The notes under the pieces were generated by a model that was not told the origin of the DNA, did not search any database, and saw only the letters and a program-made list of their open reading frames with translations. Positions 26,172 through 34,588 of a DNA stretch of 34,811 bases are shown piece by piece; the stretch's first letter is position 1, and each line of letters opens with the position of its first letter. Source of the DNA: a virus. Its lineage: Duplodnaviria; Caudoviricetes. Both the position numbers and the translations under genes were made by a program. The stretch spans positions 1 through 34,811 of IMG/VR virus record IMGVR_UViG_3300025018_000077, one strand, 5' to 3'.

Positions 26172-26962
26172 TGGACATAGAATTTCTAATAAAAACCTTT
26201 GAAAGAAAGGATTGTCTAGAGAGATTATTGCTAAGTTTAGAAAAATTTTATCCAAAGTATCCAATAATTATAGTAGACGATAGTGAGGAATTTGACAAAA
26301 AGTTTTATAAACAATTCAATCTCAATATAAGAATTTTGCACGTGGGGTATGATGTCGGACTATCCTATGGTCGAAATGTTGGCTGGCAACAAAGTGACAA
26401 AAAGTATATTTGTTTGCTGGACGACGACTTCGTCTTCACTGAAAAAACAGATATTGAAAAATTGTATAAAATAGCAGAAAGCACTGGGGCTGGAGTAGTA
26501 GCTGGAAGTTTGCAGAACGTGAGAAAGGTGGACGGCTATGACTACAATTTAGTGATTAGAGACAATACCTTATTTTACGAAAAAGGAAAAGAAAACTGGG
26601 AAAAATACAAAGGCATCGAATATAGGCAAAGTGAAATAGTATACAACTTTGGACTATTCAGAGTAGAGATGTTGAAAGAACATAGCTGGGATAATTTCAT
26701 TAAGATAAAAGGCGAGCACTCAGATTTTTTCCTAAGATTGAAAGAGACGGAATGGCAAGCCTTGTATGTGCCGGAAGTAGTTGTCAAGCATATACCAGTA
26801 AGAGATAGACACTACAACGAAAAACGAAGTAGAAATCAGTATCTAGCCTACATGATGAAAAAACATAATATCAAAACCATAGTCTCGCCATCGGGTACTA
26901 TGACAGAATTAATTAATAACAAAATTATAACTGGGAAAAAATATGAAAGCGACAATAATTAA
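26168..26962 (+). CDS. GT2-family glycosyltransferase
   Basis: IKTFER..CL.RLL.S, IVDDS, GLSYGRN, LLDDDF and EHSDFF motifs. Confidence 0.92.
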   Translation: MMDIEFLIKTFERKDCLERLLLSLEKFYPKYPIIIVDDSEEFDKKFYKQFNLNIRILHVGYDVGLSYGRNVGWQQSDKKYICLLDDDFVFTEKTDIEKLYKIAESTGAGVVAGSLQNVRKVDGYDYNLVIRDNTLFYEKGKENWEKYKGIEYRQSEIVYNFGLFRVEMLKEHSWDNFIKIKGEHSDFFLRLKETEWQALYVPEVVVKHIPVRDRHYNEKRSRNQYLAYMMKKHNIKTIVSPSGTMTELINNKIITGKKYESDNN

Positions 26963-27338
26963 AAAACTAGAAGATTTGTACAGTGAACACTCAAAGTATC
27001 AAGAATTGATGAGTGAGAACTACAATACAGTCAAAGATAGATTTGGTGAAAATGAGATTGATTGTGAAGACAAAGACGGAAAGAAAGTCATGATCAAGGA
27101 AAGACTACTGTGGGATGAAGTGTGGTACTACGGTCGAGACTCCCGCGGTGGCAAAATAATGACCAAAAAATATCCTGAAATATTTGAATACTTTGATAAA
27201 GCCAATGAAATCAAGAAAGAGATAGATAGCTACGAAGTTGAAAAATTTGGTTTCAAAGGTAGTGAAATGAGATTGATAGATTTTATTAAATTGATTGGCG
27301 AGATTGTGGAATTTAAGATGAAAAAGTATGAAGAATAA
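26943..27338 (+). CDS. Hypothetical protein
   Basis: 131-aa ORF. Confidence 0.65.
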   Translation: MKATIIKKLEDLYSEHSKYQELMSENYNTVKDRFGENEIDCEDKDGKKVMIKERLLWDEVWYYGRDSRGGKIMTKKYPEIFEYFDKANEIKKEIDSYEVEKFGFKGSEMRLIDFIKLIGEIVEFKMKKYEE

Positions 27339-27516
27339 TAAATTTGTAGTATTTTTAATTGTTATTACAGTGGTTTTTATTGGTTATTGCTTTTCAGTTG
27401 GTATTGTATTTTGTTTGCAATGGTTGATTAATGCTGCTTTCCAGACTTCTTTTGATGTAAATTTGTGGTGGGGAGGACTATTGTTTTATATTATTTATTT
27501 AATTTTTAAAGAGTAA
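27328..27516 (+). CDS. Small two-TM membrane protein
   Basis: Two hydrophobic segments. Confidence 0.6.
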   Translation: MKNNKFVVFLIVITVVFIGYCFSVGIVFCLQWLINAAFQTSFDVNLWWGGLLFYIIYLIFKE

Positions 27517-27520
27517 TAGT

Positions 27521-28006
27521 ATGTCTAAAAAAAAGAAGAAACCGGACAAACCAAAAAAAAAGAAAGTCACTAAAAGCAAAAAGGGGATTAATCCTAAACA
27601 AGAAGAGTTTTGTCAATTATTTGCTAGTGATAAAGAATTTTTTGGAAATGGTACCTTAGCATATATTGAAGCTTACAATATCGATTTAACCCAAAAAGGC
27701 GCTTATGATGGTGCAAAAGCTAATGCTTATAAGTTGCTTACAAAGACTTACATTTTGGAACGTATCAACAAAATTTTTGAAACTCGTGGATTGAATGACA
27801 CTTTTGTAGATAAACAACTAGAAAAATTGATTACACAGGACGCAGATTTCAAATCTAAAATAAATGCAATACGTGAATATAATGCTCTTAAAGGCAGAAT
27901 TCTTAAAAAAGTAGATCTTACATCAAAAGGCAAAAAAATCAAAAACGCACCAATAACAAATCAAATCACTCTCACTAATTTCAAAGATGAACCAGATAGT
28001 CAATGA
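27521..28006 (+). CDS. terS: Terminase small subunit
   Basis: NPKQEEFC...GNGTLAYIEAY...AYKLL...VDLTSKG; directly upstream of terL. Confidence 0.85.
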   Translation: MSKKKKKPDKPKKKKVTKSKKGINPKQEEFCQLFASDKEFFGNGTLAYIEAYNIDLTQKGAYDGAKANAYKLLTKTYILERINKIFETRGLNDTFVDKQLEKLITQDADFKSKINAIREYNALKGRILKKVDLTSKGKKIKNAPITNQITLTNFKDEPDSQ

Positions 28007-29261
28007 TAAATACACCCCTGTATTTACCAATACACAAGCCAGATATTTTATACTCATGGGGGGTCGTTCTGCTGGTCGTTCGACTGTTGCCAGTCAATAT
28101 GCACTAGCTAAATTAGTGGCCCCTGATTATTTTCGTTGTGCAATAATGCGTTTGGTGCTTGGTGATATTCGCAATAGTATCTATCAAGATATTGCCGATA
28201 GAATAGAAGAGCAAGAACTAGAAGAACAAATCAAAACAACAGAAAACCCACTGTCCATAGAATATGGCCAAAACAAAATCAATGGTATAGGTTTTCGCAA
28301 ATCTAGTGGAGATCAAAAATCAAAGCTCAAATCTTTGGCAAATTACAACTGCGTGATTATTGAGGAAGCTGATGAAGTATCAGAAGAGGACTTCATGCAA
28401 TTAGATGATAGTTTACGTACCTTAAAATCCGACATCAAGATTATTTTATTACTCAATCCACCACAAAAAAATCACTGGATAATAAAGCGTTGGTTTAATT
28501 TGGAAGACTCTGGTATTAAGGGTTTTTATATCCCAAAACTCAAATCAAACATAGATGATACGGTGTTTATACATTCCACGTTTAGGGATAATATCAAAAA
28601 TATTAGTCCATCGACTATAAGAAATTTTGAAAACTACAAAGAGATAAAGCCTGATCATTATTACAACATGATAGAGGGTCTAGTCAGCGAGGGTGCGAGA
28701 GGTAGAATATTTAAAAATTGGAAAGTTATCAGTGACGAAGCCTATGAGGCTATGCCATACAGTCCATACAATGGCCTTGACTTCGGCTTTACCAACGACC
28801 CGACTGCTTTGATTGAAATCAAAGAACATAACAACAAAATATTTTTGAAAGAATTGATATACGAAACGGGCTTAGTAAACAGAGACCCAGAAAACAAAGT
28901 TCCTAGTATTTCTCAAAAAATGAAAGAAAAAGGCGTAAAAAAAGAGACACCTACATACGCAGACAGTGCCGAGCCCAAATCTATTGCAGAATTGAAACTA
29001 GATGGCTGGAATATCAAGCCTGCAGAAAAGGGACCAGACAGCGTACGAGCCAGACTAGACTATCTATTGGGCAAAGAGGTCTATTATACCGAGTCTAGCA
29101 TTAACATCGCCCTAGAAGTCCAAGAATACCGCTGGGCGCTTGATAGAAATAAGGAACCTACAAATCAACCAGTTGATGAATTTAATCACGCAATGGACGG
29201 CACCGGCTACGGCGTATTTACTCACAACAAAAAAGGAAATATCAATATTGGTATTCTATGA
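27987..29261 (+). CDS. terL: Terminase large subunit (PBSX-like)
   Basis: GGRSAGRS Walker A variant, IIEEADE Walker B, LNPP, GLDFGFTNDPTA, ADSAEP and NHAMD motifs. Confidence 0.95.
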   Translation: MNQIVNDKYTPVFTNTQARYFILMGGRSAGRSTVASQYALAKLVAPDYFRCAIMRLVLGDIRNSIYQDIADRIEEQELEEQIKTTENPLSIEYGQNKINGIGFRKSSGDQKSKLKSLANYNCVIIEEADEVSEEDFMQLDDSLRTLKSDIKIILLLNPPQKNHWIIKRWFNLEDSGIKGFYIPKLKSNIDDTVFIHSTFRDNIKNISPSTIRNFENYKEIKPDHYYNMIEGLVSEGARGRIFKNWKVISDEAYEAMPYSPYNGLDFGFTNDPTALIEIKEHNNKIFLKELIYETGLVNRDPENKVPSISQKMKEKGVKKETPTYADSAEPKSIAELKLDGWNIKPAEKGPDSVRARLDYLLGKEVYYTESSINIALEVQEYRWALDRNKEPTNQPVDEFNHAMDGTGYGVFTHNKKGNINIGIL

Positions 29262-29470
29262 GTTACAAACAAAATGAATTTAAAAAACAGGTTATGCTTA
29301 GTCCCGAATGGGAGAGGCTGATCAAGGTAGCTCAAAGAATGCAATTCGGCGAAGCTACAATCACGTTCAAGCATGGCAAACCAATTATGATGAGTAATTT
29401 AATTCAACGCGTGAAGTTGGATGAAGACAGTGTTTTTCGAGATGGACTAAATGAAATACCAATAATTTGA
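29258..29470 (+). CDS. DUF2292/YezD-like small protein, candidate RNA-binding antiterminator
   Basis: ERLI....RMQFGEATITFKHGKPI......RVKL matches the I...L..L.FGSV.I.VHDG.V.QI....K.RL pattern; lies just upstream of leader B. Confidence 0.55.
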   Translation: MSYKQNEFKKQVMLSPEWERLIKVAQRMQFGEATITFKHGKPIMMSNLIQRVKLDEDSVFRDGLNEIPII

Positions 29471-29471
29471 T

Positions 29472-29617
29472 TTATCCACAGACAAAAAATAGAAAGTGTG
29501 TTATAATAAATACATGAAAATTTAATTTCTACTTTTGTAGATAGCTTCAATCGAGAACGATAGAGCCAAAGATGATGTCTTTTTTTATAAGAGCCAATAT
29601 CTTTGGCTCTTTTTTTT
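29472..29617 (+). promoter_or_regulatory. Structural-operon leader B: DnaA box, extended -10 promoter, Cas12a handle, antiterminator hairpin and terminator
   Basis: TTATCCACA 29472-29480; TGtTATAAT 29499-29507; GCTT-CA-ATCG-AGAA-CGAT-A-GAGC 29544-29566; AGAGCCAAAGAT/ATCTTTGGCTCT followed by a T-run. Confidence 0.8.
29524..29542 (+). CRISPR. Solitary type V-A (Cas12a) repeat handle; not an array
   Basis: AATTTCTACTTTTGTAGAT matches the conserved mature Cas12a direct repeat AATTTCTACTnnTGTAGAT. Confidence 0.8.
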
Positions 29618-29623
29618 GTTTAT

Positions 29624-30862
29624 ATGAATTTTTTTAAAAAAATTAAAAATCTAGTATCAGTCAAAAAGTCCTACTATGGGGCTCAATTTACTACACTAGC
29701 AGAACACAAACTAGACTGGAATACTACCAACTATTTGAAAGCATACGAGACTAGTCCCTATGTTTTTGCTTGCGTAAAGAAAAGAAGTGAAAAAGTGGGA
29801 CAAATTCAATTTAAACTATTCAGAGGTGATAAAGAAGTAGTCAAAGATGACTTATTGAATTTATTGTATAAGCCAAACAAAAATCAAACAAAGAATGAAT
29901 TTTTTGAGACTTATCAGATGTATAAAGACCTTGCTGGCTCGACTTTTATTTATTTAATCCGAGAGGGAAAGAAAGTGACAGAAATGCACAATCTACGTCC
30001 TGATTTTGTAACTGTGGTGGTTAATAAAGATACCGGAACTGTAGACGGATATAAATATAAAGTCGCTGGTGGTGGTAAAGAGTTGGTATTTGAACCAGAA
30101 GAGGTAATAGCTTCTCATTATTGTAGTCCACTAGGGGCATACAAAGGCCAATCAATGCTAAAAGCTGCCGCTTTGACAGTCTATACCGAACAACAACTTA
30201 ATCAATATCATGCTAATGTTTTGAAAAATGGTGGAAAAGTAGAAGGACTTTTGACATACAAGGTAGAGAGTCTAACTGATGAGCAAATAAAAAGAATTAA
30301 AACAGAATTTAAAAAGAAATTTGCCGGAGCAAGTAAGTCCGGTGAACCAATGGTCCTCTATGGAGGATTGGAATACGAAAATTTGGGACTTACTCCAACA
30401 GAATTGTCATACATCGAAAGCAAAAAAATGACAGTGGATGATTTGCTTGTTGTTTTTGGTATTCCAAAGGCTTTATTTGCTTTAGACAGTGGCTCACTTG
30501 GTAGCAATGGATATGACGCAGCCAAAGCAATATTTTTGAGTGAAACAATCAAACCATTGCAAGATAACCTTGTAGAAAAACTAAATGAATTTTTAGTACC
30601 TGCCGAATTTGAACTAAAAAACGTTGACCCCTCCCCTGAAAATACAGAAATGAAATTGAAACAAGTTGAGAATGGTATTAAAAATTATTACATGACACCA
30701 AACGAAGCTAGAGAATTGATGGGAATGGAACGTATAGACGGAGCTGACCAATTACTCATACCTTTTGGACTTTTACCACAAGACACAACGAATGAAGAAG
30801 ACACAGCAAACAAGAAGCTGTCAAAAAAAAAACTTTGCACCCACTGCAAAATCCAAAAGTAA
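29624..30862 (+). CDS. Portal protein (HK97-like)
   Basis: VFACV, LLYKPN..QT, LRPDFV, LSYIESKK and MTPNEARE motifs; ATG at 29624 preferred. Confidence 0.93.
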   Translation: MNFFKKIKNLVSVKKSYYGAQFTTLAEHKLDWNTTNYLKAYETSPYVFACVKKRSEKVGQIQFKLFRGDKEVVKDDLLNLLYKPNKNQTKNEFFETYQMYKDLAGSTFIYLIREGKKVTEMHNLRPDFVTVVVNKDTGTVDGYKYKVAGGGKELVFEPEEVIASHYCSPLGAYKGQSMLKAAALTVYTEQQLNQYHANVLKNGGKVEGLLTYKVESLTDEQIKRIKTEFKKKFAGASKSGEPMVLYGGLEYENLGLTPTELSYIESKKMTVDDLLVVFGIPKALFALDSGSLGSNGYDAAKAIFLSETIKPLQDNLVEKLNEFLVPAEFELKNVDPSPENTEMKLKQVENGIKNYYMTPNEARELMGMERIDGADQLLIPFGLLPQDTTNEEDTANKKLSKKKLCTHCKIQK

Positions 30863-31563
30863 GAGCTAAATACTACGAGGAATTTTTACAAAAATCAATA
30901 ATAATTGAAAGTAAATTTAAAAAAATATTAAAAAAGTATTTCAATGATCAATTACAAAGATTGAGAGAAAATCTAGGTGAACCGAGTAGTAAGCGTAAAA
31001 ATTTGGTAGATGATATTTTCTACTTTGAAAATGAAAACAAAATCGGACTAGATATATTATTTCCGTTTTTACTAGAGATACTACGAGAAAGTGGACAGGA
31101 TACTGTGGAATTTGCTGGACTAAGTACTTTCAAATTGACGAGTACGATAGAGGCCACACTAAGAGAACGCGCAGAATTTTTTATAAATAAAATGAATGAA
31201 ACGACGTTTGAAAAATTACAAACAATATTTATTGATAATTTGAATAATGCAGGTGGAGGAAAAGATTTAATAAGAAAAATAGAAAATTTATACGAAAATA
31301 CTATAACGAAATCAAGGGCTGGCACTATTGCAAGGACTGAACTACAAGTAGCCATACAGCAAGGTAAATTCGCGGGATACAAACAATCAGGAATAAGCAT
31401 AAAAATATGGGTACATACCTATTCTCAACAACCTAGAAACTGGCATGAAGAGATGGACGGTGAAGAAGTATCAATTGATTCAGTTTTCTCAAATGGTTTA
31501 AGATTCCCGGGTGATCCACAAGGTCCAGCAGAAGAAATAATAAATTGTAACTGTACAATATAA
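30835..31563 (+). CDS. MuF/SPP1 gp7-like head morphogenesis protein (possibly frameshift-fused to the portal)
   Basis: RAGTIARTE, KIW, R.WH..MDG, FSNGLRFPGDP and INCNCT motifs. Confidence 0.9.
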   Translation: MHPLQNPKVRAKYYEEFLQKSIIIESKFKKILKKYFNDQLQRLRENLGEPSSKRKNLVDDIFYFENENKIGLDILFPFLLEILRESGQDTVEFAGLSTFKLTSTIEATLRERAEFFINKMNETTFEKLQTIFIDNLNNAGGGKDLIRKIENLYENTITKSRAGTIARTELQVAIQQGKFAGYKQSGISIKIWVHTYSQQPRNWHEEMDGEEVSIDSVFSNGLRFPGDPQGPAEEIINCNCTI

Positions 31564-31587
31564 AAATTTTAAAAATAATATAAAAAT

Positions 31588-32331
31588 ATGTTATACAAAT
31601 TGCTAAATGTAGAATGTAAAAAAGCAGAAGAAAAAAATACGCTTGAGGCTGTGTTTTCAACGTCTGATACAGATAGACATGGTGATATAGTTTTGCAAGA
31701 TAACTGGGATTTGAAAAGTTTCAAAAAAAATCCCGTGATTATCAACTCACACAACTATGGTGACGCAACCGAAGTAATCGGCAAAGCCACTAAAGTATCA
31801 GTCAAAGACGGAAAACTAGAGGGAAAAATTGAGTTTGCTGTTGACGCAAATCCAAAGGCAAAAATCATATACGATTTATACGCCGGTGGTTTTCTCAAGG
31901 CTTTCTCAGTCGGTTTCATGGTAAAAGACTGGAATGAAAATGGCGAAATTACTGGAGCAGAACTTTTGGAAGTGTCAGCTGTATCAGTGCCAGCTAATGC
32001 CTATGCTTTGGCAAAACAAAAAGGTATTCACGTTGAACAATTGTTTGAAGACGCAAATACAAAACCAACAAAAAAGAAAAAAGTGGCTAAAAAAGAAGTA
32101 GAGAAAGTAGAAGAAAAAAAGACTGAAATCGTAGAAGAAAAGAAAGAAGTAGTGGAGCCAGTAATTAAACAAAAAACAACCGCGGACAGTTTGAACCGCA
32201 TTAATTTAGTAATAGGTTTAGTACGAGAAAAACAAAAAGTCGAAACACGCTCAGAGAGCGTCAGAGTACAAAACGCTAAATTAATCAATCAAGCAATTAG
32301 GGGATTGTTAAAAATTAAAGAAAAAAACTAA
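31588..32331 (+). CDS. HK97-family prohead protease
   Basis: DRHGDIV, NPV...H, FSVGF and ELLEVSAVSVPAN motifs. Confidence 0.93.
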   Translation: MLYKLLNVECKKAEEKNTLEAVFSTSDTDRHGDIVLQDNWDLKSFKKNPVIINSHNYGDATEVIGKATKVSVKDGKLEGKIEFAVDANPKAKIIYDLYAGGFLKAFSVGFMVKDWNENGEITGAELLEVSAVSVPANAYALAKQKGIHVEQLFEDANTKPTKKKKVAKKEVEKVEEKKTEIVEEKKEVVEPVIKQKTTADSLNRINLVIGLVREKQKVETRSESVRVQNAKLINQAIRGLLKIKEKN

Positions 32332-32342
32332 AAAACATTAAT

Positions 32343-33677
32343 ATGAACAAATTTTTGAAATTATACAAAAAATTGCTATCACAAGGTTTTGCTACAGCCG
32401 AAGAAAAAAAAGAATTGGCTAGTATGGCAAAAGACGTAGAGGGTAGCGAAGAAGCTGTAAGTGAAGTAAATGCTTTGCCAGATACAGATCCAGCAACAAA
32501 AGTAGAAGAAGAAAAAGAAGTCCAAGAACAATTGGAAAAAATGATGGGTGAAGCTACAAAATCTATCAAAGCAGACTTCGAAAAGAAAGTATCTGAATCA
32601 GTAGACTCAAAAGTCAAAGAAATCAAAGACGCAATGGAAAAGAAAGCTGGTATTTACGCTCAAGAGGGTGTAAGTGACAGAAAAGCTCTAAACGAAAAAA
32701 CACGTGAAATCGTGAAAGCTTTGTTTAGAAATGACAACGCTGTTTTGTCAAAATATTTGGGTACAACTACCAACGCTAGTGCTGCTTTCTTAGTAGATAG
32801 TGAAATGGCAACTGAAATCCAAAGACTTTCTACTGAGTACGGTGTAGCTCGTAGAGAAATGAGAGTTGTTACACTTTCAAAGCATACTTTGGATATTCCA
32901 ACAGCTTTGACAGACGTAACTGTCAACTGGACAGATGAAGCAGCCGTAAAAACATCATCTATTCCAACATTTGCTAGACCAAGTTTGTCACTTAAAAAAA
33001 TCACTGCAATCGTACCTTTTACAGACGAATTGCTAGAAGATGAAGAATTCGACCTTTTCCAATACGTAAGTGAAAACGTGGCTGAAAAAATGGCAGAAAA
33101 AGAAGATTTAGCTTTCTTCACTGGTGATGGTACTAGTATTTTTGGTAGTTTCACAGGTCTTTTGGCCGATACTACTGTAAATGAAGTAGTGTTGACTGGC
33201 ACAACTTTCGCTAGTATGACAGCCGATGACTTGCTAGATATGCAAGATAGTACACACTCAGGAGCTTTGGCAAATGGTAAATACTACATGCACCGTTCTA
33301 TCAAATCACATATCAGAACATTGAAAGATACACAAGGCTTATATGTCTACCAAGCACCAAGTGCTGCTGATCCAGCAACAGTTTGGGGTAAACCGGTAGT
33401 ATTCGTAGAAGTAATGCCAGCTATATCAGATAGTGCTGCAGATACATCATTCGTATTGTTTGGTGATCTAAAACGTGCTGCTTGGTTAGGAACAAAAGCT
33501 AGTGGTATGACCATGGCTGTATCTACAGAAGCTAGTGTACGTAACGTCGCTAATAATGCAGACATCAACTTGTTCACACAAGATATGACTGCTCTTCGCT
33601 TCGTTGAACGTATTGGTTATGTTGTTGTATTAGCCGGTGCTATTACAAAATTAACAACAGCAGCAGCTTCAGCTTAG
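32343..33677 (+). CDS. HK97-fold major capsid protein with N-terminal scaffold domain
   Basis: Coiled N-terminus; WTDEAA.K, ELLED, FFTGDG, WGKPV, FGD and LFTQDMTALR motifs. Confidence 0.95.
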   Translation: MNKFLKLYKKLLSQGFATAEEKKELASMAKDVEGSEEAVSEVNALPDTDPATKVEEEKEVQEQLEKMMGEATKSIKADFEKKVSESVDSKVKEIKDAMEKKAGIYAQEGVSDRKALNEKTREIVKALFRNDNAVLSKYLGTTTNASAAFLVDSEMATEIQRLSTEYGVARREMRVVTLSKHTLDIPTALTDVTVNWTDEAAVKTSSIPTFARPSLSLKKITAIVPFTDELLEDEEFDLFQYVSENVAEKMAEKEDLAFFTGDGTSIFGSFTGLLADTTVNEVVLTGTTFASMTADDLLDMQDSTHSGALANGKYYMHRSIKSHIRTLKDTQGLYVYQAPSAADPATVWGKPVVFVEVMPAISDSAADTSFVLFGDLKRAAWLGTKASGMTMAVSTEASVRNVANNADINLFTQDMTALRFVERIGYVVVLAGAITKLTTAAASA

Positions 33678-33745
33678 TAGTTTGATAATTGAAAAAGGGG
33701 CGGAGTAATCTGCCCTTTCAGCCAGTTATTAATAATTAAAAAAAT

Positions 33746-33979
33746 ATGTATAAATTTTATTATAAAAGAAAATCAAACGGAGCTAACGTCGTGTCACACC
33801 GTGAACTTAATGACGACGATTTAGTTTTGACAAGCCGAATATTAGATACTGCAATGACTGCCAAAGACATAAAAAATACTGCTATTAAAAAAGCACAAAT
33901 TTTTGATAAACCAGAAACATTGAATATCAAAAGAAAAGAAGATAAATCAAAAACAAATAAAAAAAGTGGTAAAAAATAA
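33746..33979 (+). CDS. Hypothetical basic protein
   Basis: ORF after the capsid gene. Confidence 0.6.
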   Translation: MYKFYYKRKSNGANVVSHRELNDDDLVLTSRILDTAMTAKDIKNTAIKKAQIFDKPETLNIKRKEDKSKTNKKSGKK

Positions 33980-33982
33980 AAT

Positions 33983-34588
33983 ATGCTTACTAAAAAATAT
34001 ACAACCCATAAAAATTTGGAAGTATTCCTCGGCAAAACTGTGGAAGCTGGCCAAGCTGATGACGCTATCAATGCGTCTATTGATATTGTGGAAAAAATGA
34101 CTGGTGTTGTATTCGTAGCTGGTGATACTGTCAGTGCTAGATTATTCAATGGTGATGGAAGTAGAGAGTTGATAGTAGACGAATGTACAGGAATAACAAA
34201 AGTAGAAAGGGGACTAGACCAATATGGTGACTCTTTTGAAGAAATAGCTAATACAGGACTCAGCAAGTATATTTTGCAACCAGATAACTACGGCTCAAAA
34301 GGCTTACCTGTGACATCAATATTACTTCGCGATAGATATTGGGGTAAAGGCACTCAAAACCACCGTATAACGGCAAAATGGGGCTATGGTGCAACTGTAC
34401 CACCAGCCGTGCAAATGGCTACGACTATAATTGCAGCCGGAATTTATAATTATAATTCTGCTGGCTCGGGAAATGTAAAAAGTGAAAAGATTGGTAATTA
34501 CAGCGTGACTTATAGTGATGATGAGGGCTGGGATGAAATGGAAAGAGCAAACAAACTTTTGCAAGGTTTTAAAAAATTCTCACTATGA
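33983..34588 (+). CDS. Head-tail adaptor/connector
   Basis: AKWGY..VPPAVQ.A...KSEKIGNYSVTY motifs. Confidence 0.85.
   Translation: MLTKKYTTHKNLEVFLGKTVEAGQADDAINASIDIVEKMTGVVFVAGDTVSARLFNGDGSRELIVDECTGITKVERGLDQYGDSFEEIANTGLSKYILQPDNYGSKGLPVTSILLRDRYWGKGTQNHRITAKWGYGATVPPAVQMATTIIAAGIYNYNSAGSGNVKSEKIGNYSVTYSDDEGWDEMERANKLLQGFKKFSL

Noticed and set aside
29524-29617. CRISPR mini-array
   Set aside because: Only one repeat handle was found. The GAGCCAA duplication downstream belongs to the terminator and is not a CRISPR repeat.
200-34588. Stop-codon reassignment
   Set aside because: Genes are full length and tightly packed under the standard code, with TAA, TAG and TGA all ending genes.
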